The notes under the pieces: generated by a model
Database searches by the model: none
Told to the model about the DNA's origin: nothing
What the model saw: only the letters and a program-made list of their open reading frames with translations
Shown: positions 13,188 to 26,707 of the stretch, piece after piece
Position numbering within the stretch: the first letter of the stretch is position 1
How the letters are laid out: each line of letters opens with the position of its first letter
Program-made: the position numbers and the translations under genes
From: Ionaspis alba
Lineage: Eukaryota
Length of the DNA: 61,197 bases
NCBI GenBank assembly: GCA_964255285.1
Contig: CAXUUL010000024.1
Coordinates: forward strand, 1-61,197
Reading direction: 5' to 3'

Positions 13188-14145
13188 TTCTGAAGTTGTG
13201 GGAAGAGAGTTGGAGGGGCGCAATAAGGGCTGGGGTCTGATGGGCTTTGTGTACTCGAGGTAGGTGCTGAGGGAACAGCTGTGTTCTGCAGAGAGGAGAT
13301 AAGAGTGAGGTATTCAAGCAGTCTTATCGGAAGTCAAATGTGGATAGAGTCTCGCAGTTTCCAGCTTGTGAACCTTAGTTGGAGTGAACAGAAAGATGAA
13401 GCCGTCGAGGGAAAAGGCTACATTCAATATCCATCATCGAATAATGACCGGCCTGAAAGCACATGCACTGAACAACCCTCCATAAAAGATCCCCTGACCC
13501 CGCAGAAGTGACTCGTCCTCCATTGCACGCAACAACTCTGTGTGCCGTTGTGGGACAAGAAGGATGTCGCCAGAGAGGAGGCTAATCACGTAACAGAATC
13601 GACGCTTCAGGCTTAGGCTGTGTTGGCACGCAGCTGGAGAGTTTTTCTTGGGCTGGACCAAAGGAAATCGATTGTATAAAGCGCGGTGAATAATGAGAAA
13701 CACAATCTTCGAAGCATTCTGTCAAAAAAGGTATATATGGATTTGAGTCTCAGAATTAAACTCTGGGTGTTCGATGAGCTTCAGATTGCCCAATCAGGCG
13801 GCTACTGGGCCGTCGACCGGTACACATCAGTGAAACGACTGCCGTCTCTGCATCTTCAGAGCAAAGCATTTCAGGTGAAACTGTGAAGGCTACGAGCCTA
13901 TCAATATCGATAACAAAGAGCAGAATTGGCAGTAGTTACGACGAAATCTACATGTTATGATGCGCTTAGCGCTTATCCTGCGATTGATGCTTCTTTGCTT
14001 TTTCCTTGATAAACGAATCGAAGCATGCCTTTCACAAATGGTCCGTACCAGCAAACCACGCAATGCCATTGTCATGCTATGCCACCTGTGCCCTACATAT
14101 CAAGAGAAAGATCGATCGGTAACTCATCCTTCGTTCAGAATATAA

Positions 14146-16476
14146 TCAAGCCATGATCTCCTCCGTCTCATCCACAATCTCCTCCATGATCTCCTCCACA
14201 ACCTTCGCCTCCTCGCCATCAGCCGCCTTCTCTGCCTTAGCCTCCTCCTCCGGATCCTCTGGCAATCCCATCTCCCGACGATCCGCCCGCAACTCTTCCA
14301 ATTCATTCTCCCGCCACGCCAACCATTCACTGAACATCCTTCTCCGCTCCTCTACCACAGCCCCCTTCTCCTTATCGTCTGCGATGCGATCTTCTTCTTC
14401 GAAGTCTTTGCTGTATTCACGGAGGTTCTTTCGAATCTGTTTCTGTTCCTCTTTGGAGAGCAGAGTCGGCGGACGGGGCCGCCAAATGAATTGCTTGAAC
14501 TTGTCAATGTGTTCTTCTCGTAAGAGTTCGCCTTTGAAGTCGTAGATATGGTAGCCGTTTTCCACCTAGCTCACAGGATTAGTAAAAATCATCTCACTCG
14601 CTTCAAGAACCTGAAGACACTCACAGCATGCTTCCACATACTAGCACTTGTGGCTACATACCTCCCCGTAGGATCCCAATCGATATCCGTCACACCGTAG
14701 TGGTCGCCAGTGGACATAAGCTGTAGATTGGCTGTCAGGTCTTTGTCACTCTCCGCTTTCTCACCTTCGAAATCGAGATCCCAGAAATCGAGATCGAAGC
14801 TCTGCTGTGAATGAACTGTTGCGACTACGACAAAACGACCTTTCGGTGACCAATAGATTCCGTTGTTGTTCTTCTTCTCGAGAGTTCTGATATTTTTGAA
14901 ATTACCAACTCCCGGCCCCTTAATCTTTTCGGGACAAAAGAATGAGACGGAAGACTTTGCTGGGACAGCGGTAGTCATGACCTCTGCTGCTGTAGTAATG
15001 AGGACAAAACGGTCGCCCTTCGGTTCCCAAGCAAAGTTGATGACGGTGTCCTTAATAGAATCAACGACCTCGACGGGCACACCCTTCTCCCTGACTCTGA
15101 AGATCTCGAGGTTTGTGGCCAATGACTTCTTTGACTTTGAATGTCTATCTACCTTGACACAGACGTAAGCAGCCTGCGATTGCCAGTGTAGTTTTGCGTC
15201 AGTAACGTTGAATAGATTCCGTGTTCGTACAATCTCCTTGGATGGAATGCTCATGAGACCAACTTTGGCAGGATTACTTCCAATCTCGGGGGTCCAATAG
15301 CAAAACAGCTGTTCGTACGACTTTACGCCTTCCCTCTGAGGAAGTGCAGGGGCCCACTCGAAGTCTTTGATCCCATCGATCTTGATGGTGGTCTTGTCAA
15401 GCATAACCATCTTTGGCAATTCGTATACAGAGATTGACTGTCCTTCCAACATTCGGGCCACGTATCTGTCATCTGCGGACCACTTGAAGGCAGGCCATGG
15501 TATTTTCTTCTTCACCGGCTGACCGTTTTCATCTACAGTAGGACCGGGTGTGTCGTGGGTCTGGAAGGATCTGAGAGGCTTGCCCGTTGCGACATCCCAG
15601 ATGATGTAATTTTTACCCTCCTCTGCCAGCGTAAGGACCGGGTCGTCCTCATCCACCTCTATAGGTTTGAATGACCAGGTCGTGATGTATTTCTCCCCAG
15701 GTGAGAAGTCGATCATGTTGGCGAAAGGATGGGGAAATCTGGTCTGCCTCGTCCATGATGGGCCACCCCATAATTGAACCCCTTTCTGGTGCGTGGTGGC
15801 GAGATACGTCCCTAGCGGCGACCATTGTACAAAAACCTCTGTCCAGTGCTGCCTATCCACAATATTTTCCGGTGCTTCCTTTTTCCTATTCCAAAATACA
15901 CCAACGGACTCGCCACGGAACATGCAGAATTGATCCCTGGCGTTGGGATCACCTAACCACGCCCGTAGGTGTTCCTTCTCCGAGAATGGCTCAAGATGGG
16001 GCTGATGATATTCATCATCGATCCGTCCTTCTCGACCATATCGCTCGATATCCGTAAGCTTGTTGACGGCGAGTGTATGCTTCTTGTCCAGAGGCGTGCC
16101 ATGGAGGGTTTTGGTTGCAGCGACAGCTTGTTCGGGTGTCTGATATTCAACAAAAGCGTATCTGTGGGTGATGAGTGCTGCTCATGACATAGAGTAGCAA
16201 GACCATGACATACCCTTCTGACATTCCTTTCTCGTTGAGAGGCATGAAGATGGCATCCTCTCTTGTCTTTCCCACAGTGTTGAGCTTTTTCAGGAGAAAC
16301 TTAACAAGCTTCCCCTTGCTATCCTCGGGGACGATAGGTAGGCCATCGATCACGACAAAAGCGTCCAGGCCCTGTTCTAGCCGCACTTCATGCTGTTCCC
16401 GTAGATCTGAAAAATCAAGCCCTTCCTCTGAGTCGTATCCATCATCCTCGGGGAGGTTATCGAAACTGGGCGCCAT
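14146..16476 (-). CDS. PRT1: Eukaryotic translation initiation factor 3 subunit B
   Basis: N-terminal MAPSFD..., RRM ([17 protein letters not shown]), beta-propeller ([26 protein letters not shown]) and C-terminal [27 protein letters not shown]. Two introns. Confidence 0.96.
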
Positions 16477-17430
16477 ACTGGGTGGTCGAAAGACGTCGCA
16501 ACTGTTCAGCTGCGACGCTGATGAGCCTTAAAGGTGGCTCACAGGATCCGTAGTGGTACGGATGACGAGTGGCCAGATTTTTTGGGCGAACGCTAGATGG
16601 TTCTCTGGATGTACCGTCCTCCAGCTAGCTTCTCTTTTCCACTGATCTTGATCTGATCCAAGTGTACTCGGTTCGTGAGTCAGGCAAAGGTTACTCGGCC
16701 AAAGAGAGCTCTGAGAAGGATTAGTGGTCGAATGACCGGTTAGGGCTTTACAAAATTTGAATCCGTGTCTGTGGTGCGCAACCCGGATGGAGGGGCACGC
16801 TAATGAGCCTCTCGCTAAATCAACACCTCTATGTCTCGAAGACAAAAGGCGCCGGCCCTTCGATACCCTCCTTCTTCTGGGTCTGTGTAGCAGATCGTTG
16901 TGGTGAGAGATAATTGCTACTTGATAATAGCAAGGCTAAGACGCTCTTCATACTCGACACTTCCTTGTAAATGATATATGATTCTATCAGATCAATCTAG
17001 AACGATTCGTTGAAGAAGATGTATTTCCGCAAACAGTGTGTTTTTCTAGTGACCGTCCCCTAAGTTCGGGATCAACCGACCAGCCTCCGATATCAAGTGC
17101 AACCCCACAAGCCTCATTCTTCAGATGATCATCATCCTTATAACGGTGTTGAAGAGGAGGAGGATTAATCCCTTGTTATCAGACCTATCTACTATACTAG
17201 CTTGGGTCAGTATATCCTAACCCAAGCTACGCCATTGAATTCCTCAGCGATCATTCCCTCGATGCTCGTCTAGATTTCGTCGCATCTGGCGTTGGCGCGA
17301 ATTCGTTGCGCATCTGCCTCAAATTCTGTATCGGACCTTTTCTCTTCACACTGGCTTCTAAGAGGAGGCGCAATCTTCCTACCGAACAGGGCTCGTCTCG
17401 GAAGCCCTTAACGTGTTGAAGCAGCCCAAG

Positions 17431-18533
17431 ATGGCTCGTAAGTCCCACAACACAACAAAACGGATAGCAGTGTTTGTTTTTGTGGCCATCAATTACTGAT
17501 AAAGAGTACTTGCAGTACCCTCCGAAGTTCAGGCATCTTACATCGTCATCATCGACTCGATCCTAGCAGCGAGCGACTTACAGACCATCACGTCGAAACG
17601 CATCCGTGAAGGTCTACAGAAAGCGGTCGATTATGATATTACTCCTCAAAAGGTCCGCTTGTCATCCCAGAGTGTTACACTCCAGAATGTTGATGCTCGT
17701 ACAGAATGCCATAAAGGAGCTCATCATGACACGCTTCGATAAGTTTGTAGCCGAGCAAAGCACCTCGCCGGTAACCAATGGACACTCAACCACGGTCAAA
17801 CCCGAGCGCACCGATCCAATCCAGCAAGTCTCGCCTCCGCCCTCAAAAGAGGGTCAGAAAAGGAAGAGCGAAAGTGATCCGGACGAGGACGAAAAGTTGT
17901 CAGACATCCCAAATTCCCCACCACCGAAGAAGAAACGGAAAGCAGAACCCGCTGTCGACGAGGACGCAGCGTTTGCCGCGAAGCTCCAAGCGGAGGAGAA
18001 CAGCCGAGCTAGACCAACAAGGGGTGGTGTGAATAGGAAGAGCGTTGCTGTGAATAAGAAGAAGAAGAAGAAGAAGAAGAAGACTCCGAAGAAGAAGACG
18101 TCCGACAAGGTAAAAGCTGAGGACGACAGCGACCTGGAAGGATCATGCTCGGAGGATCAGGAGAAGAAAGTGAATCGAAGTGGCGGATTTCATGTGCGAC
18201 TCTTTGCGAGCACTTGCAAAACCATGGCTGATGTTGACAGAAACCGCTGACGTTATCCGCTCCGCTCTCTGCATTGCTCGACGGCGAAGTTCAGGTAGGT
18301 GTTGAGCTCATAACCCCAAATGTTCGGGTGCGCTAAGTGAGATGCAGCTTTCTCGGCCACAGACAGTCAAAAAGATATGGGAATACGTCAGAGCACACGA
18401 TCTGCAAGATCCGAAGGACAAGCGACAGATTCGATGCGATGATGCTATGCGAGCAGTTTTCAAGCAAGAAAAGGTTCACATGTTTACGATGAACAAGATT
18501 CTCAATCAGAATCTCTACAACCCGGAGGAATGA
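17431..18533 (+). CDS. DEK-C plus SWIB/MDM2 domain protein (UAF30/TRI1-like), multi-exon
   Basis: ATGGCTC|GTAAGT mini first exon, DEK-C IIDSILAASDLQTITSKRIREGLQ, DAAFAAKLQAEEN, SWIB GGFH.KPL.LS..LS.LL...LSRPQTVKKIWEYVRAHDLQDPKDKRQIRCDD. Confidence 0.88.
18056..18082 (+). repeat. (AAG)9 coding microsatellite encoding poly-Lys
   Basis: Nine consecutive AAG codons inside the SWIB gene. Confidence 0.95.
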
Positions 18534-19042
18534 ATGGGGAAGGTAATGAATGTCTCCTGATGACACAGTGTCGCAGTCGCACTGGGAGGAGTTGTCTTGA
18601 ATGCGCTTTAGCGTTGCATAATTACAATTTTGGATATCCCTAATCTCCAACTCGGTATGGAGGAATGCAACAGAAGAATTGCTCTTGGCTTCATCAGCCC
18701 TGTCAATCTGTTCTAGAAGATATTAAAGCACATTTTAGCATATCTGTGTTGATCGGGCCTTATGTCTTTTGACTGTGATGCTCCTTTATGAAGTGACCGA
18801 ACCGGAAAGGGATCATGACTATCAAATACCTAAACCCGCCTTATTGTTTTCTTTTATTCCATACTATTGCAAAGACCGCCACACAGAACGGATGCCAATC
18901 TCTGCACAGACTCACGACAACTACGACTATCTGACATGGTCCTGACTTCTCCTTGGAATTGCCGGAAGCCCTACCCCTGGTGTATGTACCGAGCAGTTCT
19001 ATACGCTTCGGGTACACCAAAACCACAACCAATCTAAATTTT

Positions 19043-19767
19043 TTACAGCATCGAGCCACCCTCCTCATCTCTGCTGTTTTGGCACCTTCCCATCTTGTCA
19101 TTGTCCATCGCAGGCCTGTACATAAATAAATACTCAATGAGCGGTCTATCTGGCCATGTCTCGTCCTTCAACCGTATATGCTCTGTAACCCGGAATCCAT
19201 TCTGCTCATACAGCCTCCTTCCCGTCAAGCTCGCGTCCACAAAAGCATGTACACCCATCTCATCCGCACGCTTAACACCCCATTGCACGAGCTGAGTGCC
19301 CGCACCACGACGATGGTGCGTCGGGTTGCAGAAGCAGATATCAAGCACTGTAACAATACCAGCATCCATGAGCACCCTGCACCGCTAAGTCAAGAGCAAC
19401 GGAAGGGAAGAGGAGATACAAACTCACAAGCATGCGGCCGCTTCATCCTCTCGACCTCCCTCCCATAAAACTCTTCCATCAAAAACTGCGCATAAACCCT
19501 CTCCTCACTAGCCTCCTCCCCATACCAATCCACCAGCACCCTCTTCTGCCTCTCAGGGTCCACCTCGTAGAAACATCATTTCGCGCCCGCTACAATCTCA
19601 CCCGTCTCCATGTCAGTGATCTTCACATCCGTGGAATGCCCATCTGCTTCGATCCATCGCAGCTGCCGACCTTGGCATGCGGCGAGATTAGCGGGCATGG
19701 GCGGACCAGGCCAGATGATGTCGTGGACGATTTCGGTAGGGAGGATTTCGGAGAGGATGAGGGGCAT
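19043..19767 (-). pseudogene. GNAT-family N-acetyltransferase with premature TGA
   Basis: KITDMETGEIVAGAK*CFYE, where homologues typically have AKW. The frame stays open after the TGA (19576-19578) to a GTGAGT donor. Exon 2 has the acetyl-CoA motif PTHHRRGAGTQLVQWGVKRADE and AS..GRRLYEQNGF. Confidence 0.75.
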
Positions 19768-22028
19768 GGCTGCAGAGGAGGAGGGGCATTGTCAGAGGGA
19801 GGCAGCAGGAGATGATTTAGAGGAGTTGTTGTGGCGCCACGCAGCCCTTTCTAATGGGGATACGAAACATGTTCCGCGCTTCGGATGTGAAGGTCGAGCC
19901 ATGATGGGCAGCGGTCTTATCGCAGCAATAGTTCATGCAGATTTGTCGTTCCGAAATCGTTATCCAATATTAACGTCGTTCTGTTGATAGTGCTTGTCAA
20001 AAGCGGACGTGAACCGAGATCGAGCTACAGGGGGCCGAGGCTATAAGATTGTCAAGCCCACCCCTTGCACACCTAATATTTTTTGAGGTTTTCTCCGACA
20101 TTTTCCGCCCTATGCGTCAACTCGTCTCCAATCACCAGTCTTTCATTCATCCTGCCCTGTTGAGAGCTATCTATTCCCTACTTGTTCATACCCTCTAGAA
20201 GGACTTACCCAAGTCCAATACTCTCGCTCAATTGAAGAGAGACTAGGGAAAAAATTTGATCATAGAATACTCCACGAAACCTGATCAGAGGCGTGTTTCT
20301 CATTACCCCGGAAAAGTGCTTATTTATATAAAACGCTTTCTAGCCTAGCGGGATGCTTGCCATACTACTTTACTATTGTATCTATTTCAGTAATGTAGCT
20401 GTGTGCTTTCCTTTGCCATACCTTCCCTCTCTTGGTGGCAGTGGAAGATTGAGGCAGACCTTGGAGGCGGCTCACCCAGTCAGACAGGGCTATTGGCAGT
20501 GGATTTGCTCGACTGAAATCGTATGAACACTGGAAGGTGTCACTAGTTGGTTGATCGAAGGACTTGTGTAAGATGCTGGCAATTGCGTATTCGGTGGGAG
20601 AGCTCTGGAGAAGTGATAGCACGATTAAGATTTTGACCTATGGTGGGTGGTGAGAAAGGGGGTTGGACAGCGGTGAGGTGTAAGATGATTGATTTGTTAA
20701 CTACGAAGAAGGCTTTTTTACCCCTTTCGGACTAAATTATATCCGACTGATTTCCTCGGGGCGTTCTTACCAGTTTCCCTTCTCCACAGTGGGTAAAGAT
20801 GAACCCAAGGCTCCACGAAAGACTCGTAACGGTCTTGCATCGAAAGGAAATAAATTGGCTATAATGCATTACCAAAATTTGAGCATGAGTGAATCTGTAC
20901 AGCTTGTATGTTTGCCATGGCCACAGTATAGATATATCGTGGACCCCAAGTTATTGCAAGATAAGGATATTCATGGGCGTGCTCAGGAGGTAATAGACAG
21001 CCGTTCCCACGTATTGGCGACCGCAGCCTCGCGTGGGGGACGGTCGAGGGCGCACGATCCTACTAGAATTGATCACACCCATGGCTTGAGATCTCTTGTA
21101 TATTCTATCTTTGCAACACGACAGACAGTATCACAGCTGACAGTCAGAGACGCCACGCATCCGAGTCAAACAGGTTACGCAAGCTCGACAGAACCACACT
21201 CAAAGGAAGCGCATGAAAAGGCGAGCACAAGGTCACCACGGCAAAGCATTTCTGTAGGACATGAGTACCGCGCCGCTATCATTAGAATGATAGCACAGCA
21301 AATTTCTACAGCCTCGAGGCACAGCCAGGCGAGGCGCCGCGAAGTGCCTTACCTGACCACTTCACTGCGATGTAACGCTTCCTGGTGGAACCAATTACGG
21401 ACAGCTCTTCCAACGACGACTTAAGAAGAAGGTTGAAACACGCAATATCGGCAATCGCCGCTGATCAATAGTCGGGATGGCGCAAGGCATGAAACCCGAA
21501 GGGAATTCCGGACGAACAGGTTGGGTCCAAAACAGTCGATCCCCTGGTGTCTGCAGGGTGGGACAGGAGCAGGCAGCTTCGGCATCATTTCAGTATGCTA
21601 TCCTACGACTGTGGAGATAGGATTGGCGATTGCTCGTATAGCCTTATCTCGGCGACCTTGTGCTGGCTGCATGCATGATCCTGCCAAGCGTGGTACTGAG
21701 GTTTGATCTGAATTTTGCATTTCGCATTTCTTGACGTTGCAATTCGTCACCTTTCCTCTCAGAAAAAGTCTTCGAAGAAGTTGCAGGGTTTCCGTATGCC
21801 ATCAGCTGATTTCAGCGATGTCTGCATGTCTTCCGACGTGGGTCACACTTTCCTGGAAAGGTAACGACGGTGTTTTACACTGGTTGTCTAATTCTCCCTT
21901 CCTATCATTGAGGCGAGGGTTTCAGATTGGAGTTGGTCAGCAGTTGCGATTTGTGGTCTCTATACCTTTCTATTCATTATTTCCTTACGGCATTCTTATC
22001 ACTCGGGTGGTATCGAAGTTCTAGAGCC

Positions 22029-22928
22029 ATGGCGTTGTGTTCGCAGCGCTATACACTTCTTAACGATGAGAAAGAGTTTGGAGAGACATCCAACCGTCCG
22101 GTCCATAGCATGAAGACATGGCTTAGGGAAAGGAGCAATATCATCACGCTCGCCCTTCTATCATTCTCACTATCACTGAACATCATTTTATCTGTTCAAA
22201 GCATCCACCCGTCAGGCAGAAGCCCTGCTGCTACACATACCAAATATGGTGAGCCTTCAGTGCTATGGTTCAATGCTCCATCCATTAAGTATCGTCCAGC
22301 ACACTTAGCGCTAGAATTTCCCATACCATGGTTATCAAAATCGCCATATTATGGAGAAGAGGAGGCAATGGCCGATGCCCTATGGGACCAAATCAGCATC
22401 GACAACGGCACTGTGGCTTTGAGTGATGCCTATGTCCAGGCAATGGGATTGCCCATCTCTCAACGTTTCCCATGGGACAATGAGAAAGGGATCTATCTGC
22501 TCAACGGCTTCCACAGTATGCACTGCTTGGTATGTACTCAAACTCCTAACACTCGCCAAACTTGATGCTGACCTTGTGGACAGAAAACCATCCGGCAAGT
22601 GGTCCTGGAGTTCGATCGGGGCCTGAACAGAAGTGAACCAACGGAGCACCTTCTTCATTGTCTTGACGCCTTACGGCAGGATGTGCTGTGCTATGCCGAT
22701 GACACTCCTCGCTATACAGGGTTCCAGCAAGCTGGACGCTCCGGTACTGGACAAAAGCGACAGTGCAGAAGCTGGAGTCAACTTGAAGCTTGGGCTCAGC
22801 AGAATACCGCGTGTTGGCGATATATCAATCCACATGACGAAGACTTCAATACATTGGAAAGACACAAATTCTGCCCGGAAGGCTCACCATATATTGCAGT
22901 AATGAAGGCGTACTTTGGGGAGTTGTGA
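22029..22928 (+). CDS. UstYa-like (DUF3328) oxidase, about 264 aa, 3 exons
   Basis: Exons 22029-22248, 22300-22529, 22584-22928. N-terminal single TM segment, two HxxHC motifs (FHSMHCL and HLLHCLDALRQDVLCYADDTP), then G.GQ.RQCRSW.QLEAWA and HKFCPEGSPY. Confidence 0.92.
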
Positions 22929-25229
22929 TTGAGCATATAATGATTTGCTATTTAGCGTTACGTCTTTTCATCGTACGAATTTGCTCTACTTTCGAGATGA
23001 CTTTCATCTTCAGCTTGTGACTAGCATTTAAGTAGCATTCAGCTGGCAGCTAGTGATATATCAATCATTCACATCACGGCAGAAATTATTTTAAATCTTT
23101 GATATTATGGAATTTTAAATGCATTAATTGATATCGAAAGATGCTAGCTACGTTCCTCTATCCGAGATTGCCCGAGCTAGAATTACAGAAAGAACTAAGT
23201 ATGCAAGGAAAAGAGCTGTCTAATCCTCTAGTGTGCGTCCATTCATGCTTGCTAACGTACACTGCACCGAAAGAGCACAAAGTTGGCATTTCATGCTCTG
23301 CTGATGAGGGAAATTAGCAGCAAACGGCAGCATGGAGGGAAGATCGATTACCTATCAAAACCATCCGCTGGGCTTGATAAGTGGGACGCATGGGAGACGT
23401 TTGATGATATCCAAGCCGCCTTGTGGAGGCCTGGGACGACTAGGACAGGGCGGAAGATCGACGTGTTTCGTGGCCGAAGGGAGCTCAGGGAATTTGTTAG
23501 ACGGCCCATCCCTGGGAGACAGCGCTACTTTGTTTCCATTGACTGAAGCAAGCGTGAGTAGGACGATCCTTTGAGGTTTATGGCGGAGGATACTGACCTG
23601 GGAGTGCCGTCGCCCCAAGAGCCATGGACAGAGTGATTGCACATTGGAGCAGGGCAAGGACAGGGAGAAAGAACAGCATCTTGAGCAGGTTGCTTTATTT
23701 TCAGCAATTGATGAATCAATAATAGACACTTGCAACAGGCTTAGTGAAAGCTTGGTCATGAGGGGCCCGGAATCGAGAATATATATAGAGCTCCAAGAGG
23801 ATCTCGCAAGCATCTCTGGAGAACAAACAAACCGCCCCCACCAATGCCAACGTATCAGTCACACAGCTGCACCTGAAGAATGCCCATGGATGACGCTTCA
23901 CATCCTTCGAGTCCGCCTTATCTACCTTCGTATCGGTGACTTGGGAGGCTGAGCCGAGGCTCCACACATTGCATCGATGGCCCTACGTGCAGGGGTGCAT
24001 GGTGTTCAAAAGCACAATCCCATCATGACATCGAGATGCTGCGCCGCCCTGTAGCAGCAGCATGCTCGATGAACTTTATCGTCGTAGGAGAATCATGTTG
24101 CAATGCTTGGAGTAGTGGCTTCGGAGAAGGGAAAATTAAAAAGGTCTGCCAACGCGGCCCGTCCCCTGCAGGGAGGTTGACGAGCATGACTAGCGCCACC
24201 AGGTCGTATCGATAGACGCTCCAACACTATTGTCGAATCATCTTCTGGGATTGACATATCGAGGTCACATAATATCTTAGCAGTAACTCCAGCTGTTGTG
24301 TAACAGTCACTTCTGCATTGGCTCGACGCTTGTTCTTCTGGTCTTCGATGCTGAACGGTCTTACCACTCCTTTACGGTGCATGTCGATGGATGTCCCGTA
24401 TGTCCATGCGGCTTCTCAAACGTTCCCTTACGTTGTATTATTTTCTCGCATTGCATGCATCGTTCGCCTTCTGGAGCTGCACTTCAATGCCTGTAGCCAA
24501 AGCGTTACTGGCAAGGCGCAATGTCAGCACGCACGGCCGTTTGGGCTTTGACCGATTTTGGTGCAAACACCGAACGTTGACGCTGTTAGACGAACATCTT
24601 GCAAATCCTGTGGAGTCGGTATCGAGCTCCGAGAAATATGAAGCGAGATGGGTGAATCCTTGGATCCGGCTGCCGTCAAAAGGTATCTGCTGGAGCACTC
24701 GGGGCTCATCGAATCGTCATTCTGTTATACATTCTCTACCCCTTGCATGTCTGCTGCGGTGAAGCTGCATAGCTAAGCAATGAGTTCGCTTTGTCTGATC
24801 TGCACGCCTACCTACTAGCCCTGGAGCACACATGGCAGAAGCCTCCGGCATCTCGATGTCATATCATGTGCGTCTTGGGTAGTATCGACAACTGGTAACA
24901 CAACATCAAATGGTCTACTGGACAGCACATGGCAGATAACTTCTGCACAACGCAAATCTCCCTCACGAGATAAGAGATCTGCGGAGCTGAACCCTTCTAT
25001 TCCTCGTTTGGAACGCGACTGCGTGCGTTGAATTACCCCCCAAAATCCCATATGATCTTTCTTGTTCTCGTATACTTCATGACCGACGCTCTTTCATTTG
25101 AATGAGTACGCAGAAACGAAGAAACGCCAACCACGTCCCTTCTCTTCACGTCTGTTACCTTGCTACCTGCTTGTAACCGTCAATTCTTGAATCTTGTACT
25201 TCTTATCCAATCAAGCTGCAATACTCATC

Positions 25230-26707
25230 ATGGGGTCCGGTCCGGGAACTACGTTGACCATTCCCTACGTCACACCCGGAGAGGCATACACAGCGTCGAT
25301 TCTGTTACCTCTCCTTGGACTAGTCTTCGTCTCTCTACGATTGTACTCCGGAGCGTTGCAGAAGAAAGCGATCAATGTCGATGACTGGTTGATGCTGCCG
25401 GCTCTGGTTGGCACTCCACTACCCCCGAGCTTGGGTGCTATCTCTAATGGCAACTTTGTGATAGTTCTTGGTCATTGGGATGGGAGTGACACTCATAATT
25501 GGTTCGTAGCACCGCCTCCTCGGAGGGCTTCAAAGCTGACTTATGGAATAGGCATTGCTGGAAAGGCAATTGCGTACCCTACACCCTACGAAGGCGACTT
25601 GACTAGGGAGCAACGGTTGACTAGCATCAATCCTACCATTAGACTCATGGGGATTGTAGGCATATGCAACACGGTGGACTGGGTGCAAGTCACTAACAAG
25701 GACGATGCAGGTCCAATACGTGTTCATCCTCCTTATGGTCTTGGCCTACGGCTTCATCAAGCTTAGCATCACCTTATTCTACCGTCGCATCTTCGTTGCT
25801 TCGAAGGGCACAATCTTTGATTGGGCCACTGTGATTGCAACTGTCATGGTAGTCTTATGGACCGTTGCTTTCTTCTTCGCGAACATGTTCCCTTGCGGAA
25901 TCCATATCTCGGCGAACTGGGGTAGCGTTCTGGAAGCAAAGACATACTGCCAGAGCACATTTGATGTTTCCAATGCTCTGGTCGTGTCCGATCTTGTTAC
26001 GGACGTTGTGCTCTTGTGCTTACCTCTTCCAGTGGTGCGAGCACTCAGCCCAACGCCTGAATAGGCAGACGCAGATGCTGATATTTACAGATCTGGAACC
26101 TCCATATGACCAAGGGACGGAAGCTAGTGGTCACGGGCATCTTAGCGACTGGCGCTGTGTAAGTGAACATTGGAAGCGGTGGCATACTGGCAATGCTGAC
26201 TAGGAATCCTCCAGTGCAATCGTTGCTTCTATCGTGAAAGTCGTCATCTCCTACGAGATCACAAATGCCGGCTTGGATGCCGATGTCGACCCAGATTGTC
26301 CGTCTCCCGATTTTTGAAGGGTGAGCTCCGCTAATTGTTCGTCAGTGACCGTATCCACAATCCTTCACTGGTCCATGATCGAGGCTGGCTTAGCCATCAT
26401 CGCAGCATGTCTTCCCACACTGCGCTTCCTCATGAACAAAATCTCCTTCGACAGCATTATGCGAAGCGTGCGCAGTGCTCTATCCATCAGCTCTATGCGT
26501 TCGCAACGTTCCCAAGAGACCCAAGCCTCGTCTCAAGGTCCGTATTCGAATCTCAAGGCGGAGTCTTCAGTGGGTTCGCAATCATACATGGTCCCTGAGA
26601 AGGGCGCCACTGATACTTATGTGATGGGCAATCAGGAGGGTGTGCAAGGCAAAGGACGTGGCATCAAGGTGACGCGGCAGATTTCGCAACATGATAGCAT
26701 GGTCTGA
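25230..26707 (+). CDS. PTH11-like integral membrane protein (fungal rhodopsin domain), 7 exons
   Basis: VSLRL...VDDWLMLPAL, FIKLSITLFYRRIF, SDLVTDVVLLCLPLPV.IWNLHM, WSMIEAGLAIIAACLPTL. Introns have GT..AG boundaries. Confidence 0.88.

Noticed and set aside
20365..20622. Short ORF near UstYa containing ANPLP and KR as a precursor candidate
   Set aside because: No ATG start, no hydrophobic signal peptide and no repeats.
20789..21424. 211-aa ORF upstream of UstYa
   Set aside because: Non-ATG start and no recognisable motif, so it cannot be supported as a gene.
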